A stretch of 64,000 nt of DNA, taken from a virus (taxonomy: Duplodnaviria; Caudoviricetes). The DNA is taken from IMG/VR virus record IMGVR_UViG_3300043102_000037, positions 1-64,000 of that record, one strand, 5' to 3'. A program made the translations under genes and the position numbers. Shown here piece after piece: positions 47,738 to 59,400 of the stretch (the first letter of the stretch is position 1; each line of letters starts with the position of its first letter). The notes beneath the pieces are model-generated. The model made no database searches. It was not told the origin of the DNA and worked only from the letters and a program-made list of their open reading frames with translations.

Positions 47738-48380
47738 CGAATCGCCATATAACGCGATTGGCTTTTTTCTGTTTTGCTTCGCTTATAGCAAATGACAATT
47801 CCTCTAATACTTCCCTGCTATTGATTTCTATATCTAATATATTCGTTATATAATTATTCTTATCTCTGCACCTGTCGATAAGGCACAAAACAAAGTCAAG
47901 TCCAGATATTCCCGACAGCTTATCGTACTTTCCTACAAGGTACGCAAGCGAACCAGAATCTCTTTTACGGTCTGCAATCTGTGCAAAAGACGAGCCAAGA
48001 TTATTTAATGCGTAATCAAATAAATCTTTGATTGTATATTTGCTTTTAATCTCAACATAAAAAGGCTCTTTATTCATGCGACCGTTAATGACATCAACTT
48101 TATTGTCTTTAGAGCGTAATTGCAGTTCGTGGTGATAGTACCATACATCTTTCAATGTAATGCTCTTTTGCCATAGAGAATTTGGTAAGTTCTTTGGAGA
48201 GATGATTTTATCATTTGCGCATTGACTAAATACATCTAAAATCTCGTCTGAAGTTACTTTAGATTCATAAAGATGGTCTATCATCGCCTGTGTTATATTA
48301 CGCTCTCTGTCAGTAGGATAAGGATAATTGCCGACATAATTAGAAAAGAAAAACTCTGAATTTAATTTCTTCATTTCCAT
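47727..48380 (-). CDS. hypothetical protein
   Basis: 217-aa ORF overlapping the primase start. Confidence 0.65.
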   Translation of the reverse strand: MEMKKLNSEFFFSNYVGNYPYPTDRERNITQAMIDHLYESKVTSDEILDVFSQCANDKIISPKNLPNSLWQKSITLKDVWYYHHELQLRSKDNKVDVINGRMNKEPFYVEIKSKYTIKDLFDYALNNLGSSFAQIADRKRDSGSLAYLVGKYDKLSGISGLDFVLCLIDRCRDKNNYITNILDIEINSREVLEELSFAISEAKQKKANRVIWRFDAK

Positions 48381-48493
48381 TTACCCCTTACAATTTCCGC
48401 TTTTTTGATATTTAGTTGCCTACGACTACTATATTAACACAGTTTAACTTGAATGTAAAGATTTTTTTGAATAGTGAAAAATTTGTTTTTCTG

Positions 48494-49543
48494 CTAGTTA
48501 GATTCTTTATTGGTAATTGTCGGCACAAAAGATATAATTGATGTGCTGATTGGCAATTTTAAATAAAAAGATTTGATATTACTGGAAATATATTGAGGAT
48601 TAAGCTGTGTTGATACGTTGAGCTGCTTAGATAAAACTCCGTCACTGTATTCACGATAAATTTCTCCATCTTCGTTTGAAATTGTTGTTGCTGTATCTCC
48701 ATACTGACTTCGGACTGTAAGGTTATCGTATATATATGATATATAGTCATCGCTGTCAACTTTTGCTACGATATATGAGCCATCGGCAAAGTCTGCATTT
48801 AAAAAATAAAGATGCCTTAAACCAAAAACATATTTGCCATCGCTATTTTTATATTTAAGCGTTATTTCAAATTCTACTTTACTTATTTTCGTTTTTTCGC
48901 TAAGTATTATCCTCATTCTGCCTACATCTTCGACAGTGGATAATCTTTGGCTTAACGTGCCATCGTCTATGCCTGTATATTCATATACGTCTACGCTGTC
49001 AATGTCAAATGAGCCTGCAAGGTAAGGCGATATTTCTATCATATTTGCGGTAGTATCGCCTAAGCCAATATCGGTTATCTGAATAGAAATAGTCAGCTTA
49101 TTTGTATCGTATTCATTTAAAATGCTTTGCTTATTAGTTATTGAATCGTGCATTAAAAAATACTTCATATTATCGTCTAATTGTTCATTGACGTATACAG
49201 CTACATTGTTTTTAAAAATAACGCCCTGCGTTCCTATATAATTTAAAATATTGCGCGGAGTTTTAGTAAGTTTCGGGTGGATAGTCATACCGAATGAATC
49301 ATATTGTCCGCTTACGTTTGAATTATTGGCTAAAATTACGCAGTCATTTGACGTACCAGTCTTTACCGAATCTTTAATAGCCAATACGTTTTGCGATATG
49401 TATTCATGCTCATTTAATAAAATCTTTAGCTTATTTTCTATATTAGTCTTTATAGTATTGATGGAATCTTTTGTACTCTCTATTTTATTTTTTACGTTAT
49501 TAAATTCTTCCATCATTTCTGATGTCGTAAGTTTCTGTATCAT
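48494..49543 (-). CDS. putative virion structural protein
   Basis: Acidic, beta-rich; last gene of a tightly packed operon of similar composition. Function inferred from context only. Confidence 0.4.
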   Translation of the reverse strand: MIQKLTTSEMMEEFNNVKNKIESTKDSINTIKTNIENKLKILLNEHEYISQNVLAIKDSVKTGTSNDCVILANNSNVSGQYDSFGMTIHPKLTKTPRNILNYIGTQGVIFKNNVAVYVNEQLDDNMKYFLMHDSITNKQSILNEYDTNKLTISIQITDIGLGDTTANMIEISPYLAGSFDIDSVDVYEYTGIDDGTLSQRLSTVEDVGRMRIILSEKTKISKVEFEITLKYKNSDGKYVFGLRHLYFLNADFADGSYIVAKVDSDDYISYIYDNLTVRSQYGDTATTISNEDGEIYREYSDGVLSKQLNVSTQLNPQYISSNIKSFYLKLPISTSIISFVPTITNKESN

Positions 49544-49550
49544 ATTCTTT

Positions 49551-49775
49551 TTACCTTAACCCCTCTTTCTCTAACGAGATTAATAAATCCATATTCGTGC
49601 TTTTTTCTAAAAGCGTGTCTATTTTATCGTTAAATTCGTTCATAGTGCTTTTATCGCCGTCATTGATTAATTTAATCATGTCCTGTACGTCATTATGAAA
49701 TTGAAATATATTTAAAACGAATTTATCATATTCGTAAGGTCCTCTATAACGAAGGTTATATAAAATCATGTTCAC
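49551..49775 (-). CDS. hypothetical protein
   Basis: 74-aa ORF, start RYRGPYEYDKF, coupled to neighbours. Confidence 0.55.
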   Translation of the reverse strand: MNMILYNLRYRGPYEYDKFVLNIFQFHNDVQDMIKLINDGDKSTMNEFNDKIDTLLEKSTNMDLLISLEKEGLR

Positions 49776-50944
49776 ACTGATTCCTTTGCTTTAATAGCTA
49801 ATGAATTTACTTCAAATGCGTTAATATCTATGCCAGATATATAAACCTTAACATCTTCAAAAGTTTGTACTCCAAGCGGCTTTTCTTCGATTACATAAAA
49901 GTCTTTGCCGTCCGTTAAATTCATAACGTAAAGACTTTCATCTATTACGCTTGAAGTTTCTTTTTTAGCGTATATAATGCCATCGCTAGTAAAGTTAAAT
50001 TCGCTGTCCGCTGGCATTTCTATACTAAAGAAGGCTACATCTTCTGTTATGTCCACATAATAGTCATTGAAGTTTTTATATATTGGCTCGATTGAAAAAT
50101 CGAATTTTATATATGTCGCATTGATTAAATAAAATGTGTATGTTGTTTGTAAATCAGAAGATATGTCGTTTAAGTATTCATATTCATATAAAGACTTTGT
50201 AACGCCCTCTGTTTTTAATATATTGCCGTAAGACGAGTATACGCGATAATCATACGAAGAATTAGCGATGAGAGAAACATCGTCTATTTTAAAAGATGAG
50301 CCTACGTTTTCTTCTTCGTCTAATTCGTATGTATATGTAGTACTCATAGCTTCACCATTTAATTTAATCGTATCATAATTTACGCTATGCGGTGAAAGAG
50401 TATAATCACCGAATTTCAATAAGACGTTTGAATTATTGAATCCGTTGCCGTCAATAATAAAAGATACTATGCTCAAATCCGATAGAGTAAAATCTGCTAA
50501 GGAGATAACGGCATTTTGATTGTTTATTTCTATATCAAAACCGCTGTCTTGATATAATACAGTATTGCCTAAAGAGGTGCTGTTTAGCAGCGTATCAGCT
50601 TTTTTCTCATATGAATCAGCCATGTTTTCAAGCGACATTAAATAGCAATCGCAATATTTCTCTAATTCGTAATACTTATTGACGCTTATTTCGTAAATGA
50701 GTTCATAGATTATTTTTAAATCAGAATAGATATAAAATAAATCTTGATTGAATTTGTCCGTGTCAAACGGCTCATCAGCGTCAACATTATCATAGTCGAA
50801 TATGCTTAATCTCGTATCTATATCCTCTACTAAGGATTCTATATATTCTTTATTAGGATATTCGCTATTATTTTTTATAAAATTATTGATTAGCTCATTT
50901 CTAAAGAAATTAGCTTTCTTTATTTTTTCTAAGTAATCTGCCAT
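49772..50944 (-). CDS. putative virion structural protein
   Basis: Acidic 390-aa ORF within the operon. Confidence 0.4.
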   Translation of the reverse strand: MADYLEKIKKANFFRNELINNFIKNNSEYPNKEYIESLVEDIDTRLSIFDYDNVDADEPFDTDKFNQDLFYIYSDLKIIYELIYEISVNKYYELEKYCDCYLMSLENMADSYEKKADTLLNSTSLGNTVLYQDSGFDIEINNQNAVISLADFTLSDLSIVSFIIDGNGFNNSNVLLKFGDYTLSPHSVNYDTIKLNGEAMSTTYTYELDEEENVGSSFKIDDVSLIANSSYDYRVYSSYGNILKTEGVTKSLYEYEYLNDISSDLQTTYTFYLINATYIKFDFSIEPIYKNFNDYYVDITEDVAFFSIEMPADSEFNFTSDGIIYAKKETSSVIDESLYVMNLTDGKDFYVIEEKPLGVQTFEDVKVYISGIDINAFEVNSLAIKAKESV

Positions 50945-50950
50945 ATCTTT

Positions 50951-52324
50951 CTAATTATCCGTTTCTTTTAAGTTCGTAAAGCATAATTTAAGATTAGTCA
51001 AATACGGAGTAGCGTAATCGTTGTAAGGCGTCATAGTAATTTTAAGCTGCAACGCTTTTATTGATTCGTCTATGTGCTCTATAATATCGTTATAATTATA
51101 TTTGTACGAATAGCTTATATATTTAGTGCCGCTTTTATTGCTGTTCATCGGTACTACTTCGTATTCTTCTCCGTTGACGATTAAAGTATAAGTTATATAG
51201 TTATTATTCGATTCAAAATAACTTGGTATGTATTCATCAGCGTAAATTGATACCGTATCCATTTCCGCGCCGTCTGCTACTAAATCAGTAGTGATAAATA
51301 CGCTGTCGCTTGAATACTCGTTATAAAAAGCTGTAACCCCATTTATAGATATTACTTTTCGCCTAACGTCATTCATTGTGGTAATGCCGCCGTTCGTATT
51401 TTCGTAGCCAAATTCTTCACTATATTCTTGATTAGACTGGAATACTATTTTAAATAAATTCGTTTCTGGAAAGCTATAATAGCCATTTAATCCGTTGTCG
51501 GCATTATTGCCGAATGAGCTTACAAAGGTTTTTCCGTTATCAGCCGATGTTAATATGTCTTTAATGATTAATACTTCTAAATCGCTGTCGATTTTAATAG
51601 AATTTACAAGCGAAGATTCAGCCGAAAAAGTTACCGAACATAAAGCAGGAATATTATCTGAATTTACCGCCGCTATATATTTTGTCTGCCCATATAAACG
51701 AGAATATTCAAATGACGTATATTCCGAACCGTCCGTTAAATATTCTAAATCATCAGTGGGGAGATAATCGCTTATAAATTCATTATCTTCTATAACGTAT
51801 TTATTGCCTGCATATCCGTTGCCTTGTACATCAATAGCCGTTATAACTACTTCAGTTTCCGTATCTACTCCGCAGGTAATAGTACCGTTATTATCTATTG
51901 TATATGTACCGCTTAAATCGCTTTCTCCTATGCTGATAGCATTATCTATGTAATTATATGAAGAAACGATTGTATTCAACGATTGCAGCCTGTTGCTTTC
52001 GTTAATCAATTTTTGATTAAGTATTCCTACTCTATTTCTTACATCTTCTATAAGAGTATTATATTTATCAGCAATAGCCATTATTTCGCTGTCAGCTGCT
52101 AATAAATCTATCGCTATATCGGACGCTATTCCGTTTATTTTATCCATAGTAGGCGCGCTCTCTGGGTGTATATATTCGTATGTATAAACTGGATTATACA
52201 TACTGTCTTTAAATTCATTATATAAGCGTTTGCCTTTTTCTTTTTCATATTCGCTGTCGCTATTTACTAGCGTATCAACATAGCTGTTTTTAATTGTTTC
52301 TAAACTAAGTCCGCTGTCTGCCAT
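50951..52324 (-). CDS. putative virion structural protein
   Basis: Acidic 457-aa ORF; N-terminal coiled coil then beta-rich region. Confidence 0.4.
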   Translation of the reverse strand: MADSGLSLETIKNSYVDTLVNSDSEYEKEKGKRLYNEFKDSMYNPVYTYEYIHPESAPTMDKINGIASDIAIDLLAADSEIMAIADKYNTLIEDVRNRVGILNQKLINESNRLQSLNTIVSSYNYIDNAISIGESDLSGTYTIDNNGTITCGVDTETEVVITAIDVQGNGYAGNKYVIEDNEFISDYLPTDDLEYLTDGSEYTSFEYSRLYGQTKYIAAVNSDNIPALCSVTFSAESSLVNSIKIDSDLEVLIIKDILTSADNGKTFVSSFGNNADNGLNGYYSFPETNLFKIVFQSNQEYSEEFGYENTNGGITTMNDVRRKVISINGVTAFYNEYSSDSVFITTDLVADGAEMDTVSIYADEYIPSYFESNNNYITYTLIVNGEEYEVVPMNSNKSGTKYISYSYKYNYNDIIEHIDESIKALQLKITMTPYNDYATPYLTNLKLCFTNLKETDN

Positions 52325-52330
52325 ATAATT

Positions 52331-53185
52331 CTATGCCTCTACTATATAAAGCGATTTTAATACTGGCGGTATGTCGCCGCCGTTTAATATTCTAAACACT
52401 ATCTTGACTGAAATGCTTTCATTATATGTATAATGGAAGAAAGCATCATCACCGACAGTATAAGAAACAGAAAAAAGGCTATCGCTACTGTTAATTTCGC
52501 TATCTGGTACGAATCGCGTATCAAAGCCTTCAAACGATTTTTCATTAATTACATCTTTCCTTCCAAATGGCATTATAGGATATTCGTTATTGCCGTCTAT
52601 AATGCTATATTCTATGCTCGTGCCGTCTGGTATATTATCCTCTACAACAAGGATAACGTCAGTATTTTTAGCTACGCTTATATTCTCTAAGATAAAAGCA
52701 GAATCGGAATAATACGCTCTTTTTTGTGCCGTAAAATCATCTATGCCAAAATAATATGTATAATACTGTTCTTGAATTGTTTCGGTACTGTCGTTTTCTA
52801 AAATATCGTCAAACGCTAAATCATCATCGTTGTTAATATAAACAAGGCTTGATGTTTCATCATCGTCTGATGTTGTAAGTATCGTATATTCTTGAAAATC
52901 AGTATAAGGAATTGTTTCACTGCTATTCGTTACGACAAATTCATACTGTTCGCTAATACCTGTCTGAATAACATTTAACGTGCTTTCGTCCATAATAAGC
53001 GTACAATTTTCAGGCGGCGTAAGCGCAGCTGTGCTTAACGTGTTTTTAGATACTATGCCGCCAGAAATAAGGCTGTAAATAGAATCTTCGTCTGTCGTTA
53101 AATATGCGGTAGTCGTAGATTCGTCAGTATCGTTATCCGTAACCGTCTTAGTGTATATGTCTGTTATTTTTAATTTTACGCTCAT
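52331..53185 (-). CDS. putative virion structural protein
   Basis: Acidic 284-aa ORF within the operon. Confidence 0.4.
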   Translation of the reverse strand: MSVKLKITDIYTKTVTDNDTDESTTTAYLTTDEDSIYSLISGGIVSKNTLSTAALTPPENCTLIMDESTLNVIQTGISEQYEFVVTNSSETIPYTDFQEYTILTTSDDDETSSLVYINNDDDLAFDDILENDSTETIQEQYYTYYFGIDDFTAQKRAYYSDSAFILENISVAKNTDVILVVEDNIPDGTSIEYSIIDGNNEYPIMPFGRKDVINEKSFEGFDTRFVPDSEINSSDSLFSVSYTVGDDAFFHYTYNESISVKIVFRILNGGDIPPVLKSLYIVEA

Positions 53186-54015
53186 AGATAATTAAGCTCG
53201 CTTTCGTAAATGCCGTTTTTAATATTGCTGATATATTTTTCGTAGTCTAAGCCATCGGTGCTTGAATACGGCAGACAGTCAACTATCTTTTTAGCGTAAT
53301 CGCGGCTATTCAAAGCTATTTTTATGCCTTTTATATATTCAGCGTTAAACATATTATCGACTTCGATTAATTCATTATTGCTGTTAATCAGCATAACAGA
53401 ATCAACATCGCATTTAGACGTATCTATGTTTATAAAATTAACAGGCGTATTTTTATCAAACAGCACAGTTAAAGTTTCGTTTATTCCGTTTCTTGATATA
53501 TCCTCTACTATATAATAACTCCTGTACCTATTAATTGGCAATGGTGAATTTTTATAGTAGATGTTATCGCTTTTAACGTCTACGCTATTTACTGCTGCCG
53601 TATTTGCTACGGTAAAAGCACTGGTAACACAGCTAAAGGAATTGTCGGCATTTTTTAATATCGTGCCGTCTCTATCTCTTATTATTTTAGACGTATTCGT
53701 ATTGAAAGATGCAACGCTTACGCTTTTCTTTGATTCCTCATAAGAATTTAATAAAGTGTCTATTTTGCGTTCAGCCTCTTTATATGCAGCACTTTTCTTT
53801 TTAAAAGTGTCTTGTATGTAGCTTTCAACGAAATTATGCAAATCTTCAAGTTTTCGTATTTTAGTATAAAGAGTAGTCAGTCTATCTTCTATATTCTCAA
53901 ATAATTCGTCAGCCTTTTCCTTGCTGACGGTTTCTGAAAAAGAGCCTATTGTATAGTCAAGGCTAGTATTTATTTCTTCAAGAGTATCTGAAAGTTCTTG
54001 CGATGTTCGTATCAT
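53182..54015 (-). CDS. putative virion structural protein
   Basis: 277-aa ORF with N-terminal coiled coil. Confidence 0.4.
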   Translation of the reverse strand: MIRTSQELSDTLEEINTSLDYTIGSFSETVSKEKADELFENIEDRLTTLYTKIRKLEDLHNFVESYIQDTFKKKSAAYKEAERKIDTLLNSYEESKKSVSVASFNTNTSKIIRDRDGTILKNADNSFSCVTSAFTVANTAAVNSVDVKSDNIYYKNSPLPINRYRSYYIVEDISRNGINETLTVLFDKNTPVNFINIDTSKCDVDSVMLINSNNELIEVDNMFNAEYIKGIKIALNSRDYAKKIVDCLPYSSTDGLDYEKYISNIKNGIYESELNYL

Positions 54016-54146
54016 TTAAGTTTCTTAGCCTTTCTTTTTATTTCTCTTATTTATTTTGCGTTGCCCTTATTATTACTCGTAAAATAAGGGATTCTATCAA
54101 ACAATAAGGGCTTACCTAAAAAAGCAAGCCCTCTAAAAATGTTATA

Positions 54147-56402
54147 TTATTTTGACGCCAAGATTTTTTCCTGCGTCTGAATATCGTATACCTTATCGCT
54201 TGAAAGCGTTAAGTCATGTATAATACCCATTCTTAAAGGCAGGGAGTTAAGACCTACGGACTGCGTAGTTGTGTAAGACGATTCCTCGTCTATGCCGTCT
54301 TCGCCGCTCCATATAATCTGTAATTCAAGCTGATTAAAGAAAGCTGGCGAACCTTCTTCCGTTAAAAAATCGCCCTCAAAGATTAATCTGTCGGAATAAA
54401 CGTCTTTATCGTATTTAATACCGTCTGGGATTATTGCTTTTAAAGTCAAGTAAATCTTTTGCGTATCATATACTTTATAGTTATAAACTTGATTGCCGTT
54501 TGAATCAAGTTCTACATAGCCGTATCTTTTTCCCTTAACAGAGATAATATAAGGCGAAGGATAAACCATATCTTTAGGTCTTACATAGGCAGGCGTATCA
54601 ATAGCAACAATATTGCCAGATGCGCCAGTATTGCCAGTCGTAATAGTATTGCCTACTACAACGTCTGGATATGTAATTGTATCGGTAAGAACGTTATTAA
54701 CATCTCTTAATTCATACGGCTTATACATCTTACGTTTTAAATCCATAACAGAGGCATTTATAGCATTTGCGTTTGCCGAATAATAGCTGTCGCATTGAAC
54801 GTCAAATGAAGATTGCACGGCAGAGCCAAATACGTCTGCATTAGTTATATTGGCAGACCACTTGCCGCCCTCTCTATAAACTCTCATTTGTACTCTTACG
54901 CGGCTAATGCCTTCTGGATATTTGCTGTTAATAATAGCTGAATAAAGACCGTTTTTGTAAGGAATCATTTGCTTATAGACAGCTTCTTTTAAAGTAACGG
55001 CATAATATAAATCGCTATTATTTAAAGCGTCATTTGTAGTTAAGGCATTACTTGAAGATGTGCTGCCCTGTTCTACATAATTGTATACGATATTGTTTAA
55101 TTCCAAATCGCCGTAAGTTCCGTCAGAGCGTTCATTTTGCAGGAACATAAAATCAGCGTGAATATTCGCGTCTGCATATTCAGCTACAAGAATCATAACG
55201 TATTTTACTTTATAGCCTTGCTCGTCTAATCTGTCAAGCACAGGATAGCCGCCGTCTAAATCCGAATTAAAGAAACTAAACGTAACTATGCTTTGACCGA
55301 TTGTCGGGTCTAAAGTAACTGGATTAGACTTTGCAAAAAAGTGCATTTTTAACGCGCCGCTTGAATCCTTATCGCCATATTTATACATACTTTCAGCGTC
55401 AGCAGGATTTTTAAAGTTATTTATGTCCTGTTGGTCGATAACGTATAATCTGTAAGTAGGATTGCCTTTAACGGTTAAATATTGAAGTTCTATTTTAGTT
55501 AAAAAGCCTAATTTACGTTCTGGTATTCTAAAAGAATAGCCGTAACCGCTCTGCATTACTTTTACAGGCTTTTTAATAACGAAATGAGCATCATCGTCTA
55601 ATCCGCTGTAATATTCAGTATTGCCCGGAGTTCTTTCTTTATCCTTTGCAAAATAAAAATTGCCGTCACGGGATATGCCCATAGTTTTATATATTTCAAC
55701 ATTAGTTACGTTTAAATTAGAACCAGTCAAAGGTTCGACAAACGTAAAATAAGTATCTAATTTACTAGCAATTTGCCTTACTTCAATTTTATCTATATCT
55801 TTATATCTGATTACGACAAAATCTTTATCGTCAATTTTAACCGCCGTGTCAGTATGGAGAATCATATCTTTAGAAGTAACGGCAACTGGCTCATCGTCTA
55901 TTACGTCATATTCATAAGGCTTATATTCATCTCTGAATATATCTGTATAGCCCATATGATTTTCGGTATTTTTTAATAAGCCGTTTTTCATTAATTCATT
56001 TTTGAGCATATAGACTTCATCTCTTAAATCAGCTATTTCATCGGCATAATAATGCGAATTATAAATAAGCTGATTTTTAACAGAGCTGCCTTCTGCTGTC
56101 GTCATATAATAAGACGGAGGATAATTGCCTAAGTTATCCGCATTTCTTACCGTAGTCCTGTCGGCAGGAGACGTCGCAACAGCTATGTTGCTGCTTTGTA
56201 TTCCGTCAACCATGTCGGTATCGTCAGAGCGTATAATCTGATTATAATACTGCTGGTCAACGAGTTCATTTATATTTTGATTTAATCGTTTAGACGCATC
56301 TAATCTTTTAACATGGCTGTAAACAGTAACTAAATTGTCGTTTATATCGTCCATGTTTAAAGAAGATGCACTAGGTTTAATATAATTTGCCAAAGTATTC
56401 AC
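54147..56402 (-). CDS. large putative virion structural protein
   Basis: 751-aa ORF abutting the 1089-aa ORF. Confidence 0.45.
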   Translation of the reverse strand: MNTLANYIKPSASSLNMDDINDNLVTVYSHVKRLDASKRLNQNINELVDQQYYNQIIRSDDTDMVDGIQSSNIAVATSPADRTTVRNADNLGNYPPSYYMTTAEGSSVKNQLIYNSHYYADEIADLRDEVYMLKNELMKNGLLKNTENHMGYTDIFRDEYKPYEYDVIDDEPVAVTSKDMILHTDTAVKIDDKDFVVIRYKDIDKIEVRQIASKLDTYFTFVEPLTGSNLNVTNVEIYKTMGISRDGNFYFAKDKERTPGNTEYYSGLDDDAHFVIKKPVKVMQSGYGYSFRIPERKLGFLTKIELQYLTVKGNPTYRLYVIDQQDINNFKNPADAESMYKYGDKDSSGALKMHFFAKSNPVTLDPTIGQSIVTFSFFNSDLDGGYPVLDRLDEQGYKVKYVMILVAEYADANIHADFMFLQNERSDGTYGDLELNNIVYNYVEQGSTSSSNALTTNDALNNSDLYYAVTLKEAVYKQMIPYKNGLYSAIINSKYPEGISRVRVQMRVYREGGKWSANITNADVFGSAVQSSFDVQCDSYYSANANAINASVMDLKRKMYKPYELRDVNNVLTDTITYPDVVVGNTITTGNTGASGNIVAIDTPAYVRPKDMVYPSPYIISVKGKRYGYVELDSNGNQVYNYKVYDTQKIYLTLKAIIPDGIKYDKDVYSDRLIFEGDFLTEEGSPAFFNQLELQIIWSGEDGIDEESSYTTTQSVGLNSLPLRMGIIHDLTLSSDKVYDIQTQEKILASK

Positions 56403-59400
56403 TTACCTCCATGCTAAGGTTATTTTAGCGTTTGCGTGCTGATAAGCTGCGCCGTCATGTCTTAATAAATAAAGCTGATTAGCTGCTGAATTGCCAGTTA
56501 AGAAATTATACATTTCATCGTTATTTATTATGTCGCAAGTATTTTGGTCGCTTATCATTATAGAACCGCGAGAAAGATTGATATGATAGCCTTCATTCTT
56601 TTTCGCGCCAAAATATAGACCGTTTATAAAAATCATTATTTCGTCTACTGCTTCTAATATGGTCATGTCTATATCGTAGTCAGTAGGATTTATTTCATAT
56701 GTCGGGAATTTATTTATTTCGATTGTTTTAGTCTGACGCGTATCTTCTCTGACTTCTACTAAAATATAGTCTGGCTGATTATGCGTCTGCGTAAACGTGT
56801 TGCCGTATAAATCAGCAAACGTCTGTACAGGATAATTTTTATTGCTGCCAATAATAGTTGCGTCATTAAATGAAAACGTGTAGTTATCGTGCAGCGTATA
56901 TGAATCTTCTGGCTGCCTAATCCCATTGACGTATATAGTAACTCTCCCCGGATATAGCGATACTGGATTCGTTAGAGTAAGCCTATTGCCATTAGAATCA
57001 TAAGAGTATTTAGTAGAATACATATTTACTACATTAGGAGCAATATTCTTTTCGGTAATTACAGTTCTTGAACATGGCGCGCTTGCATCATGCTCTGGCT
57101 TTTCTACTACGACAGTAACGTAATGCGGATAATTGTCGCCGCCTACTGGGAACGGCAGAGTAAAGCCTGTCCCGTTTGCGTATTCAATAATGCCTGCGAC
57201 ATCATCTGTATCTGGATACATTCTAATGCCGTCTACCCATACCATTAATGAATTTGTATTGGGGTTAAAAGCACAAGGAGTATTAAAATCAGTTTGAGGA
57301 TTTGCTCCTATCGGAATTTCATAATTTTGAATAACTAAAGGCTGCTCAACTTCTGCATTAGCCGTTGTAAATGCGTATATATCTATTAAATCAGTAGTCG
57401 AATACTTTATATTAAAGCTAATGCTTTTTAAACCGTTTTTATATGATTCAGTAATATTTTTTATATTGGCTATTTCGTTAGGCTGCGCAATATAGACGTA
57501 TTTTTTATTGTCTTTATCATAATAATAGTAATCGAAGTATTCTTCGTTTTCGTCTATAATGCCGTTTGTTAAATCGGTATTTACTTGCCTTACTATCTGG
57601 TTATTATTTATTTCGTTGCTGTAAATATCTTTGCCTATTTCGCTTGCCGATACATACGGAATAGATTCTTTTCTTGAAAGCAATAAATGACCGTTAAGAT
57701 ATACAAGCGTATCGCTTAATGAACCAACGCCTAAAGCAGGCATTAATTTTGATTCATCGTAAAGCCAGTTGTATTTGTCTTTAATTATAATAAATTCACA
57801 GTCGTCAGATAATCCATCACGCATTAAATCATTGCCGTTTAATTCGCCGTTGGCTATTTTAATATCAATATCAGCGGCATATGTTTTATCCGTCCTGTAT
57901 TTTTCAATATCTATTTCATTATCCTGCGTACCCGTATAGACGTAAATATAGCCATCATTGTGGTCTACATATACTTCTTCTTTTTTAAGGAGTAATCCGT
58001 TCACAAACAAAATTACATTATCATCATCAGTAATTTCGTTTTTGTCAAATTTAATAGCGTATACAGTAGCAGGTATATTGTAATAACAGCTTAAAGCACT
58101 TCGTTCAACTTTAGGTATCGTATATGTAGAAACAAAATCTGAAGATGTAGTGCCTTTAGGAATATAGCCAGCTTTATAAAATAAATCCTCGTCTTTTTCA
58201 GCGTCATATAAATCTAAAACAGACCAAGCCATATCTATTTTAGCATTGGGAACATAAAAATATCCGTTGCTGTCTATTGTATAGGAATCGTATTGTGCTT
58301 CGCCATTGATAAATAATAACGGGTGCTTATAAGTTTTAAGCGGTTTTATTATGCCGCGATTCATCACGTCAATATATCTTATATAGCCGTATTCTCTTTT
58401 AGGAACGTGCAGGAAAGATACTTCTAAATCAGTTACATCTTCTTCAAAAGATATAGTCTGATTATATGAATCGTCAGTGAAATAAGGATTTTCTAAACTA
58501 AGACCTTCAACGAATGGCGCAATCGGTCCTGCGTAATCTTGAATATAATAAATATTCTTTACGTCAAGCGTAGATACATGATTCATTGTGCCTGTTGATT
58601 TAAGCCAGCTAAATTCATAAGTTATAGCAAGCACATAATCATAGTTTTGGGCGGCATGGTATTCTAATAAAATGCCATCTTCAACGATAGTATAATCTTT
58701 TTCGCCTGCGTTTCCTTCTTCATCTACGCCGTCAGGTACTAGAAAATCGCCTAAATTGCTGTTAAATTTAAAACCATAGTATTCTGTATTGGCTGCTGAA
58801 ACTTGTATTTTAGGATTAACTTTATCTACTCTAATCAGTCGCTTGATTATTTTAGTAATTCTCCCCGGATTTATATGAACCAAAGAAGGAGTTTTATCTT
58901 TTATAAAGTCTTTAGAATATTGGATACAGGTTTTATTTACTTCTTCGTATTCAGTAGAATCAAGCGTCCTATCTAAAAATATGCGCGCATAATCTAGCTG
59001 CGGCACAAGCATTTGACTTTTTAAATTAGCGGGAAGTTCGGGTATCTCTGGAAGTGATTCAGTAGACGTTTTCGTAGTTAAATCCCATTTTACAGTATTG
59101 CCGTTAGCATCAGTAATAATTGCATCTTTAGCATTATTCTTAGCGTCAAGCATACCTTGCAAGTATTGTCTGGCAGCTTTTTTATAAGCCGTTATATCAT
59201 CGTCTAAAACAACGGTATTGCCTATCTTCCATAAAGGAGAAGTCAATAAAAAGTTTTTAAATACGTCTAAGCTAAACTGAGAACCGTCCTGCGTTAATGC
59301 CTTAATAGGCTGCCAAGTAGTGCCGTCATAATAGCATAATACTCCTTGATGAATCCATAGCTGCCCTTTAAGAGGACTGCTAGGCGGCAATATGTCTGTG

